Position numbers and translations under genes: made by a program
Shown here: piece after piece, positions 21,139 to 28,634 of the stretch
How positions within the stretch are numbered: position 1 is the stretch's first letter
Layout: each line of letters opens with the position of its first letter
Notes under the pieces: model-generated
Database searches by the model: none
The model's input: only the letters and a program-made list of their open reading frames with translations
What the model was told of the DNA's origin: nothing
Source: Nocardioides sp.
GTDB taxonomy: Bacteria > Actinomycetota > Actinomycetes > Propionibacteriales > Nocardioidaceae
DNA: 64,000 nucleotides
Direction of reading: 5' to 3'
NCBI RefSeq assembly: GCF_041600255.1
Contig: NZ_JBFIKK010000001.1
Span: 564 to 64,563, forward strand

Positions 21139-22013
21139 TGGGGCTGCTGTTCCAGACGCCGCGCGCCCGCGTGCAGCGCGTCGTACGCCGGCTGCGCGGC
21201 GGGCCCAGCCCGCTGGCGGGGCGCACCGTGATGATCACCGGCGCCTCCTCGGGCATCGGCGAGGCGACCGCGCACGCGGTCGCGCGGGTCGGCGGTCACG
21301 TGCTGCTGGTGGCTCGCCGGGCCGACGAGCTGGCCCGGGTCCGCGACGCGATCGAGGCGGACGGGGGGCGCGCCTCGGCGTACACCTGCGACCTGACCGA
21401 CCTCGAGGCCGTCGACGCCCTGGTCGAGCGGGTGCTCGCCGAGCACGGCGCGGTCGACCACCTGGTCAACAACGCCGGCCGGTCGATCCGGCGCTCGCTG
21501 CACCTGAGCCACGACCGCTTCCACGACTTCGAACGGTCGATGGCGATCAACTACTTCGCCCCGGTCCGGCTCACCATGGGGCTGCTGCCGGCGATGCGCG
21601 CGCAGCGCTTCGGGCACGTGGTCAACATCGTCACCTGGGGCGTGCAGATCAAGGCGCCCAAGTTCGCGGCGTACATCGCCTCCAAGACGGCCCTGGACAG
21701 CTGGTCCCGGGTCGCCTCGCGGGAGGCGTACGGCGACAACGTCACCTTCACCAACATGCGCTTCGCGCTGGTGCGTACGCCGATGGTCGCGCCGACCGAG
21801 GCCTACGCCCGGATGCCCGCCGCCACGCCCGAGCAGGCCGGTGCCCGGGTGTTGCGGGCGCTGGAGGACCGCCCGGTCACGGTCAACGGGTGGCCGGGTC
21901 GGATCGGGGAGTGGGCGAACCTGCTCGCGCCGCGGTTGAGCGACGCGCTCTTCTGGCGCTCCGACCGCGCCTTCCCGGACTCGGCGGCAGCCCGCGGCGA
22001 CCGGCCCACCTGA
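21138..22013 (+). CDS. Short-chain dehydrogenase/reductase (fatty acyl-CoA reductase-like)
   Basis: ITGASSGIG, NNAGRSIRR, YIASK. Confidence 0.9.
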   Translation: MGLLFQTPRARVQRVVRRLRGGPSPLAGRTVMITGASSGIGEATAHAVARVGGHVLLVARRADELARVRDAIEADGGRASAYTCDLTDLEAVDALVERVLAEHGAVDHLVNNAGRSIRRSLHLSHDRFHDFERSMAINYFAPVRLTMGLLPAMRAQRFGHVVNIVTWGVQIKAPKFAAYIASKTALDSWSRVASREAYGDNVTFTNMRFALVRTPMVAPTEAYARMPAATPEQAGARVLRALEDRPVTVNGWPGRIGEWANLLAPRLSDALFWRSDRAFPDSAAARGDRPT

Positions 22014-22041
22014 CCCGGGCCGCCCGGCCGAGCAGGCTCGG

Positions 22042-22950
22042 TCAGCTGGCCTTCTTCTTGGCGGCGGTCTTCTTGACCGGCTTCTTGGCGCTCTTCTTGG
22101 CGGCCGCCTTCTTCGCCGGCTTCGCGTCCTTCTCGTCCTTCGCGTCCTCGTCGTCCGGCTTCTCGCCGCGGGCGGTCTTGGCCGCGTCCACGGAGCGCTG
22201 CAGCGCGGCCAGCAGGTCGACCACCTCGCCCGAGGACTTGGTCGAGGTGGCGGTGCGCTTGACCTCGCCGCCCTCGATCTTGGCGGTGACCAGGGCCTCG
22301 ACGGCCTCGGCGTAGTCGTCCTCGAACTCGGTCGCGTCGAAGTCGCCGGCCAGGGTCTCGACGAGCATCTTCGCCATCTTCACCTCGGCGTCCTTGACCT
22401 CGCCGGCCTCGACGCTGAAGTCCGGGGTGCGGATCTCGTCGGGCCACATCATCGTCTGCAGCACGATCACGTCCCCGTTGTCGGTGGAGCGCACGCGCAG
22501 CACGGCGACACTGGTGCGCTGGCGCAGCGCGACGGTCACCACGGCCATCCGGTCGGCCTCGACGAGGGCCTGGCGCAGCAGCGCGTAGGGCTTGGCGCCG
22601 GTCTTCTCGGGCTCGAGGTAGTAGCTCTTCTCGAAGAGCATGGGGTCGATCTGGTCGCTCGGCACGAACTTCTCCACCGCGATCTCCCGCGAGGACGTCG
22701 AGGGGAGCTCGGCGAGGTCGTCGTCGGTGAGGATGACCATCTCGCCGTCCTCGGTCTCGTAGCCCTTGGCGATGTCGGCGTAGGGGACCTCCTCGCCGTC
22801 GATCGAGCAGATCCGCTGGTACTTGATCCGGCCGCCGTCCTTGGCGTGCACCTGCCGGAACGAGACGTCGTGCGACTCGGTCGCCGAGTAGAGCTTCACC
22901 GGGACGTTCACCAGCCCGAACGACACCGAGCCCTTCCAGATCGCACGCAC
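22042..22950 (-). CDS. ku: Ku NHEJ DNA end-binding protein
   Basis: RAIWKGSVSFGLVNVPVKLY, IAKGYE, VVDLLAALQRS, basic PAKKAAAKK tail. Confidence 0.97.
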   Translation of the reverse strand: MRAIWKGSVSFGLVNVPVKLYSATESHDVSFRQVHAKDGGRIKYQRICSIDGEEVPYADIAKGYETEDGEMVILTDDDLAELPSTSSREIAVEKFVPSDQIDPMLFEKSYYLEPEKTGAKPYALLRQALVEADRMAVVTVALRQRTSVAVLRVRSTDNGDVIVLQTMMWPDEIRTPDFSVEAGEVKDAEVKMAKMLVETLAGDFDATEFEDDYAEAVEALVTAKIEGGEVKRTATSTKSSGEVVDLLAALQRSVDAAKTARGEKPDDEDAKDEKDAKPAKKAAAKKSAKKPVKKTAAKKKAS

Positions 22951-23004
22951 GCGGCTTGCCTCTCTCTCGACGGACCTCAGTTCCTCTTCGGACAGGATGT
23001 ACCC

Positions 23005-23964
23005 ATGCGCCCGATGCTCGCCACCCGAGGCACCCACGTGCCCACCGGCCCGGAGTGGTCCCACGAGGTCAAGTGGGACGGCATGCGCATCCTGGCCGAC
23101 GTCCGTCCCGACGGGGTCCGGCTCACCTCCCGCAACGAGAACGACGTCACGGTCACCTTCCCCGAGCTGCACGCGCTGGCCGGTCGGGACCTGCTCCTGG
23201 ACGGCGAGGTGGTGGCCTTCGCCGACGGCGTGCCGAGCTTCGGGGCGCTGGCCGAGCGGATCCATGTGCACTCCGCCCGCCGGGCCGCCGTGATGGCCCA
23301 GGCGCAGCCGGTGACCTTCCTGATCTTCGACCTGCTCCGGCTGGACGGTCGCGACCTGACCGGGGAGCCGTTGGCGAAGCGGCGCGAACTGCTCACTGGG
23401 CTGGGGCTGACCGGGCTGGGGCTGGCCGGGGACCACTGGCACGTGCCCGACGCGTACGACGACGGCGACATGCTCTTCGAGGCCACCCTCCAGCAGGGCC
23501 TGGAGGGGATCGTCAGCAAGCGGCTCTCCTCGCGCTACCACCCCGGCCGGCGCAGCCCGGACTGGTTGAAGTTCCCGCACCGCCGGCGCTCGTCGTACGT
23601 CGTGGGCGGCTGGCGTGCGGAGACGGGCTCGGACCACCGGCGGGGGGCCCAGCGGCTGGGCGCCCTGCTGGTCGGCGAGCCCACCCCGGACGGGCTGCTC
23701 TACCGCGGTCGGGTCGGCAGCGGGATCGCGGGCGCCCGCGGACCCCAGCTGCTGGCCCTGCTCGAGCCGCTGGCGCGCGCCTCGTCGCCGTTCGCCGACG
23801 AGGTCCCGCGGGTCGACGCGACCGGCACCCACTGGGTCGACCCGTCAGTTGTGGTTGATGTCGAGGCGCTCGGTCTGTCGACCCAGCAGCGGTTGCGGCA
23901 GCCGTCGTACCGCGGGGTGCGCAGCGACCTCGACCCGGCCGACCTGATCGAGGAGCACCGATGA
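23005..23964 (+). CDS. ligD: LigD ATP-dependent ligase domain (stand-alone)
   Basis: RPMLAT, EVKWDGMR, LDGEVV, EGIVSKR, WLK, YRGRVGSG, LRQPSYRGVRSD. Confidence 0.92.
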   Translation: MRPMLATRGTHVPTGPEWSHEVKWDGMRILADVRPDGVRLTSRNENDVTVTFPELHALAGRDLLLDGEVVAFADGVPSFGALAERIHVHSARRAAVMAQAQPVTFLIFDLLRLDGRDLTGEPLAKRRELLTGLGLTGLGLAGDHWHVPDAYDDGDMLFEATLQQGLEGIVSKRLSSRYHPGRRSPDWLKFPHRRRSSYVVGGWRAETGSDHRRGAQRLGALLVGEPTPDGLLYRGRVGSGIAGARGPQLLALLEPLARASSPFADEVPRVDATGTHWVDPSVVVDVEALGLSTQQRLRQPSYRGVRSDLDPADLIEEHR

Positions 23965-24857
23965 GCGAGGTCCGTGTCGACGTCGACGGTCGCACGCTGT
24001 CGATCAGCAACCTGGACAAGGTGCTCTACCCGCGCATCGGCACCACCAAGGGCGAGGTGCTCAACTACTACGCCCGGGTGTCGCCGGTCCTGCTGCCGCA
24101 CCTGAAGGACCGGGCCGTGACCCGGATCCGGTGGCCGCACGGCGTGCAGGGCGACAGCTTCTTCGAGAAGAACGCGCCGGCCGGCACACCGTCCTGGGTG
24201 CGCACCGTCACGGTGCCGACGACCGGCTCCCGCGCGCCGTCGAAGAACGGCGACACCCTGGTCTTCCCGATCGTCGACGACCTCGCCACCCTCACCTGGA
24301 TGGTGAACCTGGCCGCGCTCGAGCTGCACGTGCACCAGTGGACGGTCGGGCGCAACGGAGACCCGCGCAACGCGGACCGTCTGGTGATCGACCTCGACCC
24401 GGGGGAGCCGGCAGGGCTGCACGAGTGCTGCGGGGTGGCCCTGCTGGTGCGCGACAAGCTCGCCGAGCGCGGGTACGACGCCCGCCCGGTCACCAGCGGC
24501 AGCAAGGGCCTGCACCTGTACGCCGACCTGCCCGGCCGGATGCCGTCGGAGGAGGCGACCGCGCTGGCCAAGGAGGTGGCCGAGGAGCTGCAGGGTGAGC
24601 ACCCCACGCTGGTGACCGCCACGATGACCAAGGCACGACGAGGCGGGAAGGTCTTCCTCGACTGGTCGCAGAACGCCGGCTCCAAGACGACCATCTCGCC
24701 GTACTCCCTGCGGGGGCGCGAGCGGCCGACGGTGGCCACGCCGGTCTCCTGGGCCGAGGTCGAGGAGGGGGCGGAGGATCCGCTGGGCCTCGAGCAGTTC
24801 GGCTTCGAGCAGGTCCTGGAGCGCGTCGACGAGCTGGGCGACCTCTTCGCCTCCTGA
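23961..24857 (+). CDS. ligD: LigD polymerase (primase-polymerase) domain (stand-alone)
   Basis: SNLDKVLYP, TKGEVLNYY, RLVIDLDPG, TSGSKGLHLY, KVFLDWSQN. Confidence 0.92.
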   Translation: MSEVRVDVDGRTLSISNLDKVLYPRIGTTKGEVLNYYARVSPVLLPHLKDRAVTRIRWPHGVQGDSFFEKNAPAGTPSWVRTVTVPTTGSRAPSKNGDTLVFPIVDDLATLTWMVNLAALELHVHQWTVGRNGDPRNADRLVIDLDPGEPAGLHECCGVALLVRDKLAERGYDARPVTSGSKGLHLYADLPGRMPSEEATALAKEVAEELQGEHPTLVTATMTKARRGGKVFLDWSQNAGSKTTISPYSLRGRERPTVATPVSWAEVEEGAEDPLGLEQFGFEQVLERVDELGDLFAS

Positions 24858-24977
24858 CCCCACTCGCCGCCGCCGTTTGTTACCGCTTTGTGGATTTCAC
24901 GTGGACGGGGTGTGGTCGGCGTCCCACTAGCGTTCTTCCCAAGCCGAAGGCACTCGGTGGCGACACCTTGCACGGCA

Positions 24978-25082
24978 CGATCGACGCGTTCGTCTCTGGG
25001 GGGAGCGGGCGGTCGGTCGGAGGAATCAGAGCGATCCGAACGCATCTGGAGGGAGGCGTTCGGATCGCTCTTCCGTTTTCCT
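24978..25082 (+). other. Two consecutive hairpins with near-identical G-rich apical sequences, followed by a U-rich run, upstream of the response regulator
   Basis: Stem 24978-25019 (with G-U pairs) and perfect 16-bp stem 25028-25043/25056-25071; apical TCTGGGGGGAG and TCTGGAGGGAG; TTCCGTTTTCC follows. Confidence 0.5.
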
Positions 25083-25112
25083 GCTGCACGGCATCGCGAG
25101 AGGAGATCCACC

Positions 25113-25904
25113 ATGGAGTCGACAATGCTGGGCGGCGCCGTGGCTCTCGCGCCGCAGGACCGTGTCGGACATGCCACGGAGGTGGCCGACGAGACCCCTA
25201 TGCTCGACCTCATGGGACAGCGCGTACTCGTGGTCGAGGACGAGGAGGACATCGCCTTCCCCCTCGTGCGGACCCTCGAACGTGAGGGTTACGAGGTCGA
25301 GTGGGTCGACAGCGGCCAGAAGGCTCTCGACTCGCTGAAGGCGCTGCCCGCCTCGCTGATGATCCTGGACCTCGGTCTCCCCGACTTCGACGGTCTCGAG
25401 GTGTGCCGACGTGCCCGCGACAGCGGCTACGAAGGCGCCATCATGATCGTCACCGCCCGTGCCGGCGAGCTCGACCGGGTCGTCGGGCTCGACTACGGCG
25501 CCGACGACTACCTCTCCAAGCCCTTCGGTCTCGCCGAGCTCCAGGCGCGCGTGCGCGCCCTGCTGCGGCGTACGACGGGTGCCGGACCCGCGGCCCCCGA
25601 GAGCTCCGACGGTCTGCGCATCGACGTGGAGTCGCGACGGGTCTGGTCGGGGCAGGCCGAGGTGAACCTGACCGGCAAGGAGTTCGACCTCCTCGCCATC
25701 CTGCTCGCCGACCGCGACAAGGTCGTCTCCCGGGAACGTCTGATGGCCGAGGTCTGGGACGAGCACTGGTTCGGTTCGACGAAGACGCTCGACGTCACGC
25801 TGGGGCGCCTGCGTCACAAGCTCGAGGACGTCGGGGTGAAGGAGCGGATCGTGGCGGTTCGAGGCGTGGGTTTCCGCCTCGAGGGCGACCCCGCCCATGC
25901 GTAA
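25113..25904 (+). CDS. OmpR/PhoB-family response regulator
   Basis: LVVEDE, ILDLGLPD, GADDYLSKPF, LTGKEFDLL, wHTH; AGGAG RBS before ATG 25113. Confidence 0.95.
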   Translation: MESTMLGGAVALAPQDRVGHATEVADETPMLDLMGQRVLVVEDEEDIAFPLVRTLEREGYEVEWVDSGQKALDSLKALPASLMILDLGLPDFDGLEVCRRARDSGYEGAIMIVTARAGELDRVVGLDYGADDYLSKPFGLAELQARVRALLRRTTGAGPAAPESSDGLRIDVESRRVWSGQAEVNLTGKEFDLLAILLADRDKVVSRERLMAEVWDEHWFGSTKTLDVTLGRLRHKLEDVGVKERIVAVRGVGFRLEGDPAHA

Positions 25905-27108
25905 GCGGCTGACCCTGGCCTTCATCGTCCTCACGGTGCTTGCCCTCTTCACCGCCGGGTTCATCCGGACGTTCATCCTGCGCGACCTGATCCGTGAGCA
26001 GGAGGCTGCGCACGTCCGGCAGGAGAGCTCGCTGATCGCGGAGATCGTCGCCGACCGGCAGTCCGGCGGCGGGTCAATCGACAAGAACTTCCTCAAGGGG
26101 CTGGTGGGCCCGGACAGTCGCCTGGTGTTCAAGGCCGACGGCCAGCGCCCGGTCGTCGTCAAGGGCGCCGACTACCGGGGCGTGGACGGCGCCGGCGACC
26201 CGCTCTCCACCACCGTCGAGACGTACGGCGCCACCGTCACCGTCTCCCAGTCCGGCTCGGTCTCCCGGCAGATCCTGATGCGCAACATCGGGTCGATGCT
26301 GCTGGTCTACTTCCTGATCGCGATGCTGGCCGGCGCCATCGGCTACCTGTTGGCGCGCCGGCTCTCGAAGCCGTTCCGGGAGCTGGCCTCTGCGGCCGCC
26401 GCCCTCGGGCGCGGGCGGTTCGACCTGGAGCTGCCGAACAGCCGGATCCCGGAGGCCCGGGCGATCGCCCAGGCGCTGGGCACCAGCGCCGGCCAGCTGG
26501 AGGACCGGCTCCGGCGCGAGCGGGAGTTCGCCGAGCACGCCTCGCACGTCCTGCGCAGCCCGCTGACCGGGTTGCGGCTCGAGCTGGAGGACCTCACGAT
26601 GCGCGGCGACGTGCCCGAGGAGGCGCAGCAGGCTGCGGAGCGGGGGATGGCGACGATCGACGAGATGGACACGGTGGCCGGCGAGCTGGTGGAGATGTCG
26701 CGCAGCGGGATCCTGGTGGCCGGCTCCGAGCTGCCGTTGGTCGAGCTGGCCACCCAGCTCGCCCAGCGCTGGGCGGACCGGCTGGCGTCGCGCAACCGCA
26801 CCCTGACCGCCTCCGCCGAGGGCGATCTGTCGCTCTCCTACACCCCGGGTCCGGTGGAGCACGTCTTCGACCTGGTGATGGCCGAGGTGTTCCGCCGGGG
26901 GACCGGGCCGGTGCACATCGTCTACCGGGGACAGGAGGGCGGGCACCTGCGGATCAAGATCGCGGCGCTGGGGCGCACCTCCGACCTGACCGGGTCCGAG
27001 CCGGAGACCCGGCTGCAACAGGCTCGCGCCGTGGTCGAGGCGCTCGGTGGCCGGATCAACGGCCACGACCCTGCGCACGGCCTGGAACTCCTGCTGCCGC
27101 GTCGTTGA
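25897..27108 (+). CDS. Membrane sensor histidine kinase-like protein (HAMP + HisKA, degenerate ATPase domain)
   Basis: Two TMs, HAMP, ASHVLRSPLT H-box; no recognisable N, G1 or G2 boxes. Confidence 0.85.
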   Translation: MRKRLTLAFIVLTVLALFTAGFIRTFILRDLIREQEAAHVRQESSLIAEIVADRQSGGGSIDKNFLKGLVGPDSRLVFKADGQRPVVVKGADYRGVDGAGDPLSTTVETYGATVTVSQSGSVSRQILMRNIGSMLLVYFLIAMLAGAIGYLLARRLSKPFRELASAAAALGRGRFDLELPNSRIPEARAIAQALGTSAGQLEDRLRREREFAEHASHVLRSPLTGLRLELEDLTMRGDVPEEAQQAAERGMATIDEMDTVAGELVEMSRSGILVAGSELPLVELATQLAQRWADRLASRNRTLTASAEGDLSLSYTPGPVEHVFDLVMAEVFRRGTGPVHIVYRGQEGGHLRIKIAALGRTSDLTGSEPETRLQQARAVVEALGGRINGHDPAHGLELLLPRR

Positions 27109-27130
27109 CGCGTCCAGCAGACTGGTGGCC

Positions 27131-27928
27131 ATGACTGACCTTCCGGCGGGCCGCCCCGTGGAGACCTGGCTGACCGACATGGACGGTGTCCTCGTGCACG
27201 AGGACGTCCCGATCCCCGGCGCGAAGGAGTTCATCGAGGCGCTCAAGGCGTCCGGCCTCGGCTTCCTGGTGCTGACCAACAACTCCATCTTCACCCCGCG
27301 CGACCTGCGGGCCCGACTGCTCAGCAGCGGGATCGACGTACCCGAGGAGGCGATCTGGACCTCGGCGCTGGCGACCGCGCAGTTCCTGGTCGAGCAGCGC
27401 CCGCGCGGCACGGCGTACGTCGTGGGCGAGTCGGGGCTGACCACGGCGCTGCACGACATCGGCTACGTGATGACCGACCGCGACCCGGACTACGTGGTGC
27501 TGGGGGAGACCCGGACCTACTCGTTCGAGGCGATCACGACCGCGATCCGACTGGTGGAGAAGGGGGCGCGCTTCCTGGCCACCAACCCCGACGTCAGCGG
27601 CCCGAGCGTGCACGGCACGCTGCCGGCGACCGGGTCGGTGGCGGCGCTGATCGAGACCGCGACCGGTCGCAAGCCGTACTTCATCGGCAAGCCGAACCCG
27701 TTGATGATGCGCAGTGCCCTGAACCGCCTCGACGCGCACTCCGAGACCACCGTGATGGTGGGCGACCGGATGGACACCGACATCAAGAGCGGGCTGGAGG
27801 CGGGCCTGCGGACGGTGCTGGTGATGGGCGGCTCGACGCGGGAGGACCAGATCGAGATGTTCCCCTACCGGCCGACGATGGTGGTCGACTCGGTGGCGGA
27901 CCTGGTCGACACCGTCGGCAGGGACTGA
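27131..27928 (+). CDS. HAD-IIA hydrolase (NagD-like)
   Basis: DMDGVL, LTNNS, ATNPD, GKPNP, GDRMDTDI. Confidence 0.95.
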   Translation: MTDLPAGRPVETWLTDMDGVLVHEDVPIPGAKEFIEALKASGLGFLVLTNNSIFTPRDLRARLLSSGIDVPEEAIWTSALATAQFLVEQRPRGTAYVVGESGLTTALHDIGYVMTDRDPDYVVLGETRTYSFEAITTAIRLVEKGARFLATNPDVSGPSVHGTLPATGSVAALIETATGRKPYFIGKPNPLMMRSALNRLDAHSETTVMVGDRMDTDIKSGLEAGLRTVLVMGGSTREDQIEMFPYRPTMVVDSVADLVDTVGRD

Positions 27929-27979
27929 ACCCCGCTCGAGCACGCGCCCGAGGCTCCTTGAATCTTCACCGACCAGGGG

Positions 27980-28007
27980 TCAAGGTCGGCTCCTGGGCCA
28001 CCGATGT
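27980..28007 (+). promoter_or_regulatory. Putative sigma28 (FliA/WhiG)-type promoter TCAAG-N15-ACCGATGT
   Basis: Both boxes and the 15-nt spacing recur exactly at 28249; resembles the TAAA(G)-N15-GCCGATAA class. Confidence 0.55.
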
Positions 28008-28063
28008 GTCCGGTGGAGGGAGGCAGTCGATGCCTCCGGCGGAACAGGTTCTGGGAGGTCCTG

Positions 28064-28219
28064 ATGACGCAGGCACAGTTGCTCGACATGCTCGATCTGG
28101 TCGCGATGAGTCTCTGCTCCTCGTGTGGCGAGGCCGTCGGCCAGTTCCGTGGAGATCCGTCGCTGTGGGTGCACCTGCCCAGCGACGACGGCTCCTGGCT
28201 CGGGCCGATCCGGGACTGA
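28064..28219 (+). CDS. 51-aa CxxC...WxH microprotein, copy 1
   Basis: MTQAQLLDMLDLVAMSLCSSCGEAVGQFRGDPSLWVHLPSDDGSWLGPIRD; GGGAGG RBS; paralogous to 28338-28511. Confidence 0.75.
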   Translation: MTQAQLLDMLDLVAMSLCSSCGEAVGQFRGDPSLWVHLPSDDGSWLGPIRD

Positions 28220-28248
28220 TCGCCGTGACCACCTTTTTACTTTCAGAT

Positions 28249-28276
28249 TCAAGGTCTTCGGGCTGGGGACCGATGA
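28249..28276 (+). promoter_or_regulatory. Putative sigma28 (FliA/WhiG)-type promoter TCAAG-N15-ACCGATGA
   Basis: Second copy, identical boxes and spacing, 62 nt upstream of microprotein 2. Confidence 0.55.
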
Positions 28277-28337
28277 ACAGGGTGAGCGGGGAGCACACCA
28301 GCACCCCACCGGGAGCCATGTCCGTAGGGGAGTCCTG

Positions 28338-28511
28338 ATGACTCAGGAGAAGCTTGTCGAACTGCTTGATCTGACCCAGGTCAGCGTCTGCGCCGTCTGC
28401 GGCCAGGCGGTCGCCCAGTCCAAGCGTGACGAGACCGTGTGGCTGCACATCCCGAACGGCGGCTGCGAGTGGCTGTTCCCGCCGCACCGGGGTGTGCGCG
28501 AGCGTCACTGA
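28338..28511 (+). CDS. 57-aa CxxC...WxH microprotein, copy 2
   Basis: MTQEKLVELLDLTQVSVCAVCGQAVAQSKRDETVWLHIPNGGCEWLFPPHRGVRERH; GGGGAG RBS; 21 of 48 aligned residues identical to copy 1 without gaps. Confidence 0.75.
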   Translation: MTQEKLVELLDLTQVSVCAVCGQAVAQSKRDETVWLHIPNGGCEWLFPPHRGVRERH

Positions 28512-28518
28512 CGCCCCC

Positions 28519-28569
28519 GCGACGTGACAGCGACGTCCTCGCGACGCGCTGACGACGGCCCCTCGACAG
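28519..28569 (+). promoter_or_regulatory. Five heptamer direct repeats at 11-bp period (putative SARP operator)
   Basis: GCGACGT-N4-GCGACGT-N4-GCGACGC-N4-ACGACGG-N4-TCGACAG; CGAC cores at 28520, 28531, 28542, 28553, 28564. Confidence 0.7.
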
Positions 28570-28634
28570 TCGTCCTGCTTTCTTCGGAGTGACCGTGCGC
28601 ATGGGATGCGCGGCGCAACGAAGGGAGCATCGAC

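Noticed and set aside
22050-22130. CTTCTT-rich periodic DNA
   Set aside because: Encodes the ordinary Lys/Ala-rich C-terminal tail of Ku.
24923-24950. GCCGAAGG as another sigma28 -10 box
   Set aside because: No matching -35 element at the 15-nt spacing (CCCAC).
28004-28063. Longer starts in the ORF track for the microproteins (28004 and 28125)
   Set aside because: Paralogue alignment and RBS position place the starts at 28064 and 28338; ATG 28004 falls inside the putative -10 box.
27958-28569. CRISPR-like or riboswitch reading of the repeated leaders
   Set aside because: Only two units, with protein-coding 'spacers' and no cas genes; no match to riboswitch consensus sequences I can recognise.
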